Positions 15,325 to 26,809 of a DNA stretch of 26,864 nt are shown here, piece by piece. The stretch comes from Rickettsiales bacterium (GTDB lineage: Bacteria > Pseudomonadota > Alphaproteobacteria > Rickettsiales > UBA1997), in NCBI GenBank assembly GCA_031255235.1, contig JAIRSX010000032.1, positions 1-26,864 of the forward strand, read 5' to 3'. The notes below the pieces were generated by a model. That model was not told the DNA's origin, did no database searches, and saw only the letters and a list, made by a program, of their open reading frames with translations. The position numbers were made by a program, and so were the translations under genes. Positions within the stretch are counted from its first letter, which is position 1; every line of letters begins with the position of its first letter.

Positions 15325-17214
15325 ATGACAAGAGAAAATTTTGAATTTGGGGTTGAGGTACAAAAGATACTCAAACTTATGATTCATTCCCTTTACACAA
15401 ATAAAGATGTGGCGATTAGGGAATTGATTTCAAATGCCAGTGATGCTTGTGATAAATTGAGATATAAGGCAACACAGGATGACAAATTATATGGAGACGA
15501 CAAAGAATTAAAAGTTAAAATTGAAACATATAAAGACAGCAATACCATTGCAATTATTGATAATGGAATTGGTATGAATAAAGACGAGTTGATATCACAA
15601 CTTGGAACTATTGCGAAAAGTGGTACGGAAGCGTTTTTAAAAAATATTGAAAATGTAAAAGACGTAAACTTAATAGGACAATTTGGGGTCGGTTTTTATT
15701 CTGCCTTTATGATTGCGGATAAAGTTGAAGTTATAACAAGGAAAGCAGGTGAAAATGAAATTTATAAATGGGAAAGTGAAGGTGATGGAAAATATACGAT
15801 TGAAGAGTTCAAAGAAGAACATAGACGAGGTACAAAAATCATCTTGCATCTCAAAAAAGAAGAAGAGCAGTTTTTGGATAAGATTTATCTTGGTAATATC
15901 ATAAAACTTTATAGCGATCATATTGCTATACCTGTTGAATTGGAGATGGATGATGGGAAGTTTAAAGTTATGAATTCTGCTTCCGCTTTATGGACACGAC
16001 CTAAAAATGAAATTACAGAGGAACAATATAATGAATTCTATACTCATGTTTCGCACTTACCAGGTAAACCATATCTAACTTTACATAACAAGGCGGAGGG
16101 AGTTATTGAGTTTATAAATCTTGTTTTTGTACCAGATAAAAAACCAATCGATTTATATATGCCAGAACGAGAAAGTAGAATAAAACTTTATGTTAAAAAA
16201 GTTTTTATTACAGACGATTCTGTGCAATTATTGCCATCATTTTTGAGATTTGTTAGAGGTATTGTCGATAGCGAAGATTTGCCTTTAAACATTAATAGGG
16301 AAAGTTTGCAGTACAACAATATGGTGGAAAAAATTAAAAAGTCTTTGACTAAAAGAATTCTTTCCGAGTTGGAAAAAAAAGTTAACGAAGAGTCTTATTT
16401 GTCGTTTTGGGAAAATTTTGGTCCTGTGATAAAAGAGGGATTGTGTGAAGGTAGTATTTATAGTGATGAGATTTTTAATGTGTGTAAATTTTATTCATCA
16501 AAGTCGCCAGATAAATTGATTACCATAAAAGACTATATTGAACGAATGAAACCGGAACAAAATAATATTTTCTATATCACGGGAGATTCTGTGAATGCTT
16601 TGCAGTCGTCACCGCAATTGGAAGGGTTTAAAGAAAAAGATATTGAGGTTTTATTTTTGGTAGATATAGTTGATAATTTTTGGGTTACAGTTCAAACAAA
16701 TTACAAAGGAAAAGATTTTAAATCAATCACGAAGGGGGATATTGATTTAGACAATTTGAATGACGAACAGGCGGAAGAAAAAAAGGAAGAGGATGTTAAG
16801 TTTGATGATGATAAAAAAGAAGAAAAGAAAGAGATAAAAAATGTGACCAATAATGAATTTGAACCTTTATTGTTATATATAAAAGAAACCTTGAAAGATA
16901 GGATTAAAGATGTGAAAATCTCCAAGAAACTTACATCATCTCCTGTATGTTTGGTTGCCGATAAACAAGCAATGGATATTAGATTGGAACGATACTTGTT
17001 AGATCAAAATCAAATCCCAAAAGGACAATTAAAGAACATCGAAATAAATATCAAACATCCAATTATCAAGAAATTAAATGACAATTTGGCAGACGAGAAA
17101 GAAGCAAAAGATATTGTCGAGATATTATTTGCGGAGGCGTGTGTGCTTGAAGGTGAACCGGTAGCCAATCCAAGTGAGTTTATTAAGAAAATAAATGAGA
17201 TGTTGGAAAAATAA
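15325..17214 (+). CDS. htpG: Hsp90-family chaperone
   Basis: HSLY.NK...IRELISNASDA.DK, DNGIGM, GTIAKSGT, IGQFGVGFYSAF, F++G.VDSEDLPLNI.RE.LQ. Confidence 0.97.
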   Translation: MTRENFEFGVEVQKILKLMIHSLYTNKDVAIRELISNASDACDKLRYKATQDDKLYGDDKELKVKIETYKDSNTIAIIDNGIGMNKDELISQLGTIAKSGTEAFLKNIENVKDVNLIGQFGVGFYSAFMIADKVEVITRKAGENEIYKWESEGDGKYTIEEFKEEHRRGTKIILHLKKEEEQFLDKIYLGNIIKLYSDHIAIPVELEMDDGKFKVMNSASALWTRPKNEITEEQYNEFYTHVSHLPGKPYLTLHNKAEGVIEFINLVFVPDKKPIDLYMPERESRIKLYVKKVFITDDSVQLLPSFLRFVRGIVDSEDLPLNINRESLQYNNMVEKIKKSLTKRILSELEKKVNEESYLSFWENFGPVIKEGLCEGSIYSDEIFNVCKFYSSKSPDKLITIKDYIERMKPEQNNIFYITGDSVNALQSSPQLEGFKEKDIEVLFLVDIVDNFWVTVQTNYKGKDFKSITKGDIDLDNLNDEQAEEKKEEDVKFDDDKKEEKKEIKNVTNNEFEPLLLYIKETLKDRIKDVKISKKLTSSPVCLVADKQAMDIRLERYLLDQNQIPKGQLKNIEINIKHPIIKKLNDNLADEKEAKDIVEILFAEACVLEGEPVANPSEFIKKINEMLEK

Positions 17215-17252
17215 TTTGCTTTCTATATTTCTGATTTTACCATTGGTGGTGG

Positions 17253-18137
17253 ATGGTATCGAAGAATATTTTATTTACGCATATAGATTTAGATGGTGCT
17301 GGTTGTGCTCTTTTATTTAAAACATTCATGCAGTTTGAGGAGGTTTTTTACATAAATCATGGTTTGGATAATAAGGTTGATAAGGATATTATAAAAATTC
17401 TCTCGAAACGGCAGGATTTAAAACAAGTTAATGTTTTTATCAGCGATATATCACCATCCCTAGATGAAACCTATAAATGGTTGATAAAAAATTGTAATAC
17501 TTTGAAAATTTTGGACCACCACAAGACACAAGAAGAATTTGCTTTAAAGTATGCGAAAAATTTCATTTATTCTCCTGCTATGTGTGGTACAATGCTTGTG
17601 AAGGGGTATTTACAAGAAGCTGAACTATACAATGAACTGAGCAATAAATTTATCAAAGATTGGGATTATCTGACTGAGTTGATAAACGACAATGATTTGT
17701 GGTTGAATGAACATGTATTTTCAAAAGATCTAGATAAGCTATTTTCTTTTCTTGGACTTACAAGATTTGTGGAGATTTTTACAGATAGACCTTTTATGTT
17801 GTACAGATATAATGACATTATTGATATTCTAAAAGAAATGGAAGAGAGATATGTTGAAAAAGCGATACAGGACAAACAGCAATGTTTTTATGGGGATTAT
17901 GTCTATGCAGAGAGATATAAAAACGAAATTTGCAATCAGTTGGCAGAAGTAAATGAAAGTGGTATTGGAATTGCTATTAGCATGCGGAGCAAAAATATTT
18001 CTTTAAGAAGCAGGGAGGATGTGGATGTTTCAAAAATTGCCATTGCCAATGGTGGCGGGGGACATAAAAATGCTGCAGGATTTTTGTTTGATACATTGCA
18101 AGAGTTGGATAGTTTTCTTAAAACAGGTCAAAAATAG
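17253..18137 (+). CDS. DHH/DHHA1-family phosphoesterase (NrnB-like nanoRNase)
   Basis: Motifs THIDLDG, ISDIS, LDHH, D.DLW, SLRS and GGGH..AAG. Confidence 0.85.
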   Translation: MVSKNILFTHIDLDGAGCALLFKTFMQFEEVFYINHGLDNKVDKDIIKILSKRQDLKQVNVFISDISPSLDETYKWLIKNCNTLKILDHHKTQEEFALKYAKNFIYSPAMCGTMLVKGYLQEAELYNELSNKFIKDWDYLTELINDNDLWLNEHVFSKDLDKLFSFLGLTRFVEIFTDRPFMLYRYNDIIDILKEMEERYVEKAIQDKQQCFYGDYVYAERYKNEICNQLAEVNESGIGIAISMRSKNISLRSREDVDVSKIAIANGGGGHKNAAGFLFDTLQELDSFLKTGQK

Positions 18138-18264
18138 AAAAATAAGTTCTTCCTTTATTAACAATTCTTTTTATATGTTTCTTTCATATCACAACAGGGA
18201 CAAGTTATTGTTATTTTAGTATCTTTCATATTAGCATCCTTCCTAAAATAGAAAAAGAATTTTG

Positions 18265-19647
18265 TTAGTTGGTTACTTTTTCGTAGAAACTAATTCCTAA
18301 CAACAAATCAATTGCTCTTGCAAGTTGATAATCTCTGTTATACATGCTTTCATCGGTTTTTAATTGTTTTTTAACTTCTTTTTCCACTAAATCATCATTT
18401 TTTAAATGTTTATCTAAAGAGCTTTCGTTAAAACTGAAATTATTTTCAATGGTTTCCAATCTGGCCAATTTAACTTCAATATCTGGAATAATTCCTCTTG
18501 CTTGGATTGATACACCATTCGGAGTGTAGTATTTTGCAATTGTGAGTTTAATCGCACCACCGTTATTTAGTGGAATTAAAGACTGAACCGAACCTTTACC
18601 AAAAGATTTTGTGCCGATAATAATTGCTCGTTTATTGTCTTGTAATGCACCAGCAACGATTTCACTAGCAGAAGCAGAACCTTCATTTATAAGAATTGCC
18701 ATAGGTAAATTGGGTATTAAATCTTGTTCCGTTTTATCTTTATAACTTTGTAAAATAACATCATTTTTCCCTTTGATGCTAACTATCATTTTATCTTTAT
18801 CCAAAAAAGCATCACTAACAGCAATAGAGGCATCCAATACCCCACCTGGATTATTTCTCAAATCAAGTACAAGTCCTTTAACATCTTTCTTACCGATTAA
18901 GTTTTCTACTCTGTTAAATTCTTTAATCATGTCGTTGTAAGTAGTTGCTGTAAAGCTTGCAATTCTTAAATATATAATTTTACCTTCTGCTCTGCCTTTT
19001 ACTGATTTTGTTTTAATTAAATCCCTTTTTATTGAGAATTCTAATGGTTTTGATTCGCCCTTTCTCAGAATTGTAAGTTTTACCGTTCCTCTATCTCTAG
19101 AATCTTTACCTCGCATCATTTTGACACAATCATTTAGAGAGGTTCCTACAACACTTTTATCATTTATCTGGCTGATATAGTCACCTGCTTTTATACCTGC
19201 TTTGAATGCTGGAGAATCGTCAATTGGAGTAACGACCTTGATAAGTTGATTTTCCATCATAACCTCAATACCAAGACCACTAAATTCACCTTCTGTATCT
19301 GCTAGTAGCTCATTATATTCCTGTTTTGGGAAATAAGCAGAATGTGGGTCAAGTGAAGTCATCATTCCGTTCAAAGCAGAATCAAAAAATTTCTCTTCAT
19401 TGACGTCTTCCACATAATTCTTTTTTATTAAATTCAAAACTTCGCCATAGTAATACGAATATTTTTGTGATAATTGGTTGCTTGCAAGAGCATAATTACT
19501 GGATTTGGAAAGTATTTTCTGTTTCAAAGGAGAAACATCATTATTTGTGGCAACTAAAGCGTTCGAAATATTACCATCATTGGTATGCAAATACACACCC
19601 AACAATAAACAAACTAACAAAAAATTTAAAACTAATATCTTCTTCAT
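18265..19647 (-). CDS. ctpA: S41 C-terminal processing protease
   Basis: LDPHS.Y, PDZ domain (G.GIEV..PA.KAGIK.GD), DLRNNPGG, SASASEI, FGKGSVQ. The ATG at 19647 (MKKILV) is preferred over the TTG at 19659. Confidence 0.93.
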   Translation of the reverse strand: MKKILVLNFLLVCLLLGVYLHTNDGNISNALVATNNDVSPLKQKILSKSSNYALASNQLSQKYSYYYGEVLNLIKKNYVEDVNEEKFFDSALNGMMTSLDPHSAYFPKQEYNELLADTEGEFSGLGIEVMMENQLIKVVTPIDDSPAFKAGIKAGDYISQINDKSVVGTSLNDCVKMMRGKDSRDRGTVKLTILRKGESKPLEFSIKRDLIKTKSVKGRAEGKIIYLRIASFTATTYNDMIKEFNRVENLIGKKDVKGLVLDLRNNPGGVLDASIAVSDAFLDKDKMIVSIKGKNDVILQSYKDKTEQDLIPNLPMAILINEGSASASEIVAGALQDNKRAIIIGTKSFGKGSVQSLIPLNNGGAIKLTIAKYYTPNGVSIQARGIIPDIEVKLARLETIENNFSFNESSLDKHLKNDDLVEKEVKKQLKTDESMYNRDYQLARAIDLLLGISFYEKVTN

Positions 19648-19873
19648 AATCAACAACAAAAATCGTATAACATCAACACGATAAGTAAAAACTTATTACA
19701 AATAATATATTATCAATTATAGGTAATTACAAATAAAATGTTATATGTTTTTTATCAAACTACTCCTTTGACTGACCTACTATGAATTCTGTCTTTTCTC
19801 ACAGAAAAACACAAATTCTTATACCACACTGTTTATGATAGTTTTTTACTAATTGTGATTCAATAAGCCAAAC

Positions 19874-20863
19874 CTATCCAATGGTAGCGACCATAACAGA
19901 TTTTATTGTGTGTAACCTATTTTCCGCCTCATTAAAAACAACCGAATGTTTGCTTCTGAAAACTTCATCTGTCACCTCGAGCATTTCTATTCCTTCATCT
20001 TTTAAAATTTTCTGTGCTACTTGCGTTTCCATATCATGAAAAGATGGTAAACAATGCATGAAAATAACATCAGGATTGTTTGTTGCTTTCAACATTTCCA
20101 TATTCACCTGGTAATTTTTCAATAAATCATATCTTTTTTTGTATTCTACTTTTTCACCCATAGAAACCCACACATCAGTATACACCACATCTGCACCCTC
20201 AACATCCTTTATGTTTTCTGTTAATGTGATTTTTGTTCCTGTATGTTTTGCTAAATCTTGTATTTCCTTTAATAATTCACCGCCAACCTGTAATTGTTTC
20301 GGGGCAAGAATTGTAAAATTCATACCAAGCTTTGTCGCACCGATCATCAATGAATTTGCCATATTGTTCCGTCCATCACCCACAAATACAAAATTAATCT
20401 TGTCTAATGGTTTATTTATATTTTCCTGTATGGTTAAAAAATCTGCTAAAACTTGTGTTGGATGATAATCATCAGTTAAAGCGTTCCACACAGGAACACC
20501 AGAAAACTTCGATAAATCCTCAACTGTTTTTTGTTTGAAACCTCTAAAGGCAATACCATCATACCATCTACCAAGTACTTTTGCTGTATCTTCTATTGAC
20601 TCTTTCGCCATATTGCTGTCATTTACACCTAAAAATGTCACTTCTGCACCTTCATCAGAAGAGGCAACTTCAAAGCAGCATCTAGTTCTGGTGGATGTTT
20701 TCTCAAAAATTAATACAATATTTTTATTCTTTAATAACTTCTGATTACCACCTATTCTTTTTTTGTTTTTTAAGTCTTTTGCAAGAGCAAGCAAATAATA
20801 GATTTCATCTTTCGTAAAATCTTTTAAGGTTAACAAACTCCTTCCTTTCAAATTCACAGGCAT
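19874..20863 (-). CDS. argF: ornithine carbamoyltransferase
   Basis: FEK.STRTR, HPTQ.LAD, GDGRNN, DVVYTDVW.SMG, HCLPSFHD and AENRLH. Confidence 0.95.
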   Translation of the reverse strand: MPVNLKGRSLLTLKDFTKDEIYYLLALAKDLKNKKRIGGNQKLLKNKNIVLIFEKTSTRTRCCFEVASSDEGAEVTFLGVNDSNMAKESIEDTAKVLGRWYDGIAFRGFKQKTVEDLSKFSGVPVWNALTDDYHPTQVLADFLTIQENINKPLDKINFVFVGDGRNNMANSLMIGATKLGMNFTILAPKQLQVGGELLKEIQDLAKHTGTKITLTENIKDVEGADVVYTDVWVSMGEKVEYKKRYDLLKNYQVNMEMLKATNNPDVIFMHCLPSFHDMETQVAQKILKDEGIEMLEVTDEVFRSKHSVVFNEAENRLHTIKSVMVATIG

Positions 20864-20984
20864 ACCCCATTATGTAGGGCAAAATAGATAAAAAAGCAAA
20901 TTTTTATCTTTTGTTTTCCTATATGTATTGACAGTTAATGTCTAAATTTTTGTAAATTTGATATAAGATGATATACACACTTCT

Positions 20985-22370
20985 ATGAAAAATAAAATGT
21001 GGGGTGGGGTTTTTACCTTTGGTCCAACAGAAATTATGGAGAAAATAAATGCCTCCATAGATTTTGACAAGAAATTATATAAATACGATATACAGGGTTC
21101 AAAAGCGCATAGCGAAATGCTTGAAAAACAGAAAATAATTACAAAAGAAGATAATGAAAAAATACAAGACGGTCTTACAAAAATACAAAAGCAAATTGAG
21201 AACAATGAGTTTGAGTTTTCTGCTACTCTTGAGGATATACATCTAAATATTGAAAGTAAATTAAAGGAATTAATTGGTGATGCCGGTGGTCGTCTCCATA
21301 CTGCAAGAAGTAGAAATGATCAAATTGCACTTGACTTTAAATTGTATTGTAGAGATGCGATAGACAATTTGATAAATTTACTCAAAGATTTGCAAAAAAC
21401 AATTTTAGAACAGGCAGAAAAAAATTACAATGTTTCTTTTCCGGGATGTACTCATTTACAAGTTGCCCAACCCACAACTTTTGGGCATCATTTACTTGCT
21501 TATTTTGAGATGTTTTTGAGAGATATGAAACGACTAAAAAACAACAGAGAAATCATGAACGAAAATCCGCTCGGTAGTGCTGCCTTGTGTGGAACTCCTT
21601 TTGATATCGATAGACAATATACGAGTGAAAAACTTGGTTTTAGGGAGCCTACAAGAAATAGTTTGGATAGTGTTAGCGATAGGGACTTTGCTTTGGAATT
21701 GTTGTTTGATATTAGTGTTATAAGTGTCCATTTATCAAGGTTTGCGGAAGAGTGTATAATATGGGTATCAAAGCCTTACAACTATATAAAAATGCCCGAA
21801 CAGTATACAAGTGGAAGTTCAATTATGCCCCAAAAGAAAAATCCCGATGCTAGTGAGTTAATTAAAGGGAAAACGGGACGGATTTTTGGTAATTTATTGG
21901 CTTTATTGACTACCATGAAAGGTTTGCCACTTGCCTATTGTAAAGATATGCAGGAAGATAAGGAGCCAGTCTTTGATAGTGTTGAAAACATAGTTTTATG
22001 TATTCAGGCAACTACTGATATAATTGGAGGTATAGAAGTAAATAAAGAAAATATGCGAAAGGCGCTTGAAAGTGGTTTTCCAAATGCCACTGATCTCGCT
22101 GACTATCTCGTTAAAAGAGCAAATATTCCATTTAGAGATGCCCATCACATTACAGGACAGATTGTAAAACTTGCTGATGAGAAATCTCTTGGGCTTGAAA
22201 ATATGACTCTAGAAGATTTACAAAGTGTTTCCACAGAAATTAAAGAAGATGTATTCGATTATATAAATATAGAAAATTCTCTGAATAGCAGAAAAAGTTA
22301 TGGAGGAACAGCAAGTAGTAATGTGATGAAAATGGTCGAAAAATGTAAAGAAATATTAGATAATGTTTAA
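20985..22370 (+). CDS. argH: argininosuccinate lyase
   Basis: MWGG, EDIH, LHTARSRNDQ, P.CTHLQ.AQP and the fumarate-lyase signature GSSIMPQKKNPD. Confidence 0.97.
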   Translation: MKNKMWGGVFTFGPTEIMEKINASIDFDKKLYKYDIQGSKAHSEMLEKQKIITKEDNEKIQDGLTKIQKQIENNEFEFSATLEDIHLNIESKLKELIGDAGGRLHTARSRNDQIALDFKLYCRDAIDNLINLLKDLQKTILEQAEKNYNVSFPGCTHLQVAQPTTFGHHLLAYFEMFLRDMKRLKNNREIMNENPLGSAALCGTPFDIDRQYTSEKLGFREPTRNSLDSVSDRDFALELLFDISVISVHLSRFAEECIIWVSKPYNYIKMPEQYTSGSSIMPQKKNPDASELIKGKTGRIFGNLLALLTTMKGLPLAYCKDMQEDKEPVFDSVENIVLCIQATTDIIGGIEVNKENMRKALESGFPNATDLADYLVKRANIPFRDAHHITGQIVKLADEKSLGLENMTLEDLQSVSTEIKEDVFDYINIENSLNSRKSYGGTASSNVMKMVEKCKEILDNV

Positions 22371-22709
22371 TATTCATTTTGAAAGTTTACTTTTTAAACT
22401 CTTTTATCTTACATTGAAAGCATAATTCAAAAGAGAGTAGATATTGTATTTTCATTATATATTGGAGTTTTGTTGGGTATGGACGTTCAATTATAGAGTG
22501 GGTTTAGATAAATAAACACAACAGGGGCTTTTGTAATAATCTGCTGCAGTTTTTCTCTTGTCACACAAAAATACATATGAAATTATTGTTTAGTAAGGAT
22601 TTTCAATGGTAATTCACCAACAAATTACTTCTTTTTTGGAGACAATCAGTGTTTGTAATTATAAATAATTGCAGTTAATTATTTTTTTGGTGGCTATTAT
22701 TTAAATTTC

Positions 22710-22745
22710 AAAAAAACTTGACAGAATGGAATACATTCTGTCAAG
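22710..22745 (-). terminator. intrinsic terminator of groEL
   Basis: Perfect 12-bp stem CTTGACAGAATG/CATTCTGTCAAG with a 5-nt loop and a 7-nt A run giving a minus-strand U tract, 25 nt after the groEL stop. Confidence 0.85.
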
Positions 22746-22769
22746 ATTCTAGCAATCTTTTTCTCATTT

Positions 22770-24440
<1,671 letters not shown>

Positions 24441-24521
24441 CTACATTTACTTATAGTCATATATATAGTTTTTTTACGAAAAAAAACAAGAGCCAGTCAT
24501 ATACCCATAAATGAACATATG

Positions 24522-25310
24522 TTATTTACTTTCTTCCATAAATCGTATATACTCTTGATTTATATAATTTCTCATCTTAATCCTATCTTGTATTTTCTCC
24601 CTATTTAACTTTATGTTTGATAGCTTTTCGTATTCCTCTAAAATTTTATTAAAAAAATAATCACTAACAAATAAGCAACTAATAACTGCTAAATCTGTGT
24701 AAATATCACCAATACCACAAAAACTAAAATCAATAAAAGATATCACTTCTTTGTCTTCATTGCAGATAATATTTTTAATGGTAATATCGCCATTTATAAA
24801 AACTTGTTTTTCCTCTTTTTCGTCTTTCAATAAATTATCAAAAACGGTATAATCGTATCGTGATGGATTGGATTTGGGCAAATTTGATAAAATATCATAT
24901 TGTCTAATTTGTAATTCCTTAGGGATTGCTGACAAAGGACAAGAGTGTATTTTGTGGAAATATTCTGCAATTTTTATGCTATTTTTATCTATCTGTTCTT
25001 TTGTCAAAGGCATAACCTTATCAAGTGAATTTCCAATAAGTTTTTTGTGTATGGAATATGGTTTATCATTATAATATTTTAGTTGCATTTTTGAGGTTGG
25101 TATATTCAATTTTTCATATAAAAAATTGGAAGCAATAACATCTCTTTCGATTTGTTCTGAAAAGAAAATAGTTTTTGGAAATCTAACTACAAAAAAATCA
25201 TTATCAATTAAAACCTCAAAAACAAAATTAGTCCAACCACTTTCTATTCTTTGAATTATCTGCCAATCATTGCCCTTAACAAGGTTAAAAATTTCATTTA
25301 GTGAAAACAT
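24522..25310 (-). CDS. APH/choline-kinase-like phosphotransferase
   Basis: I.SGWTN.VF, ..VRFPK, catalytic loop NGDITIKNII and DF motif (IDFSF..GD...DLA). The ATG at 25310 is preferred over the TTG at 25346. Confidence 0.75.
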   Translation of the reverse strand: MFSLNEIFNLVKGNDWQIIQRIESGWTNFVFEVLIDNDFFVVRFPKTIFFSEQIERDVIASNFLYEKLNIPTSKMQLKYYNDKPYSIHKKLIGNSLDKVMPLTKEQIDKNSIKIAEYFHKIHSCPLSAIPKELQIRQYDILSNLPKSNPSRYDYTVFDNLLKDEKEEKQVFINGDITIKNIICNEDKEVISFIDFSFCGIGDIYTDLAVISCLFVSDYFFNKILEEYEKLSNIKLNREKIQDRIKMRNYINQEYIRFMEESK

Positions 25311-25448
25311 GCTATATCTAATAGTACAATTATTGAAATACAACAAATAATTTTTGTCTTTGTGTTTAAATTTTTGTTATTATTTTTAATGGTGGTTGGT
25401 CTGTGTTGACGGGATTTGTTCCCATTTATGAAGGTTTAAAGATTGGTT

Positions 25449-25928
25449 ATGATAACGGGATTACTTGCTGGTACTTTTGATTTATTTCATGTTGGACATC
25501 TGGATACAATTAAAAGAATGAAAGAACGATGTGACAATCTAATTGTTGCCATATATGGGGATGATGATGTCCTGAAAAGAAAAGGGCATTTGCCAATTGT
25601 TCCACAAGAACAAAGGATGGAAATTCTGAAGTCTATACGTTATGTTGATGATGTTTGTTTGATAAACATGATATATTTGGAAGATGGAACGGAAGCAGAT
25701 TGGTATGGTACTTTTCAATATTGTTATGAACATATATCCAGATATGACTTGCTTTTTGCCGAAAGTGACTATTTTGAATCTGAATCTGCTTTGAAGTTAA
25801 GTGAATATTTGAAGGGACACGGTAGTGAAATTGTATTCTTTACATATACGAAAGGAATTAGTAGTACAGAAATAAGAAAAAGATGTGTTAAAAGTTTTGG
25901 AGAAAATAGTGATATCTTTCTAAAATAA
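25449..25928 (+). CDS. HxGH-type cytidylyltransferase (TagD/Gct-like)
   Basis: GTFDLFHVGHL, LIVA...D, KG..PI....R...L.SIRYVD.V, YT.GISST.IR. ATG at 25449 (TTG at 25443). Confidence 0.88.
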   Translation: MITGLLAGTFDLFHVGHLDTIKRMKERCDNLIVAIYGDDDVLKRKGHLPIVPQEQRMEILKSIRYVDDVCLINMIYLEDGTEADWYGTFQYCYEHISRYDLLFAESDYFESESALKLSEYLKGHGSEIVFFTYTKGISSTEIRKRCVKSFGENSDIFLK

Positions 25929-25929
25929 T

Positions 25930-26673
25930 TTGCTAAATAAACGTAATAAGTGCATACATCATGATGTGAATGACAAAATAGACAAACCAATAAATAAAAG
26001 ATCCTTAGCAAGGTTTTTTGCTGTACAGATGTTGTTTGCCTACAAGGAAGGGGAAAATATCAGCGATTTGTATGAGATAGTGAAGGACAGTTATATAAAA
26101 AGTGAGTTAAGTTTTGTTGAGAATTACGTAAATCTTGAGATTTTGAGGAAGAATTTGATAGATAATGTTACGACAGAGGAAGTTGCAATAAAGGATGAAA
26201 CATACATCAACGATTTGATAATCTTTATAAAAGATAAATATGAAAAGATTAATGATTATGAAAAGATTGTAGATTTACAATGTTTACAAAATGCTTTTAT
26301 CAATAAAATTGGTTATGACAGGATTTTTATAAAAAAAACAAATTTAAATACGCAAACATTAATGGATATTGTATTGGATTTTTTTATTGAAAAAAATGTT
26401 AACAAAAATGTTAATTTGAGTTTTCTAAAGGAAATTTTGTTTGGTGTTTCTGATAATTTACAAGAAATAGATAAGATTATTTCGGAGAATTTAGACAAAA
26501 ACAAGACTGACAGGCTATCTATAGCAATAATTAGATTAGCGATATATGAATTGAAGTATACTACTACAGACAAAAAGATTATTATAAATGAGTATGTTGA
26601 TATTGCGGGTGAATTTTTCGAGTTGGGTAAAAAAATAAATTTCATAAATGCAATTTTGAATAATATTCATTAG
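25930..26673 (+). CDS. nusB: transcription antitermination factor NusB with a large internal insertion
   Basis: RS.AR..AVQ.LF N-helix, FL.EIL.GV, AIIRLAIYEL, IIINEYVDIA.EF and FINAIL. At 247 aa it is much longer than the usual ~140. Confidence 0.85.
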   Translation: MLNKRNKCIHHDVNDKIDKPINKRSLARFFAVQMLFAYKEGENISDLYEIVKDSYIKSELSFVENYVNLEILRKNLIDNVTTEEVAIKDETYINDLIIFIKDKYEKINDYEKIVDLQCLQNAFINKIGYDRIFIKKTNLNTQTLMDIVLDFFIEKNVNKNVNLSFLKEILFGVSDNLQEIDKIISENLDKNKTDRLSIAIIRLAIYELKYTTTDKKIIINEYVDIAGEFFELGKKINFINAILNNIH

Positions 26674-26782
26674 AATTTATTTGCCTTTTATCTGTCGTCT
26701 GTTAATAATCCAGTTATAGTTAATTATTTGGTATTTAGGATGGGTAGTCGTATTGAAAAACAGCATAATTATGATTCTATAG

Positions 26783-26809
26783 AAAAAAAAGGGGGGGGGG
26801 GGGGGGGGG
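26783..26809. repeat. A8-G19 homopolymer tract within a short ATG-initiated frame (ATG 26740) near the window end
   Basis: MGSRIEKQHNYDSIEKK is followed by 19 G. The remaining ~55 nt are runs of homopolymers and look unreliable. Confidence 0.85.

Noticed and set aside
22371-22709. 340-bp gap between argH and the groEL terminator as an sRNA or pseudogene
   Set aside because: I found no stable structure or recognisable coding motif; it remains unresolved.
24500-24527. dif-like sequence TATACCCATAA-ATGAAC-ATATGTTATTT
   Set aside because: It has a mismatch in the normally invariant TTAT core, overlaps a stop codon in AT-rich DNA, and has no partner site; probably chance.
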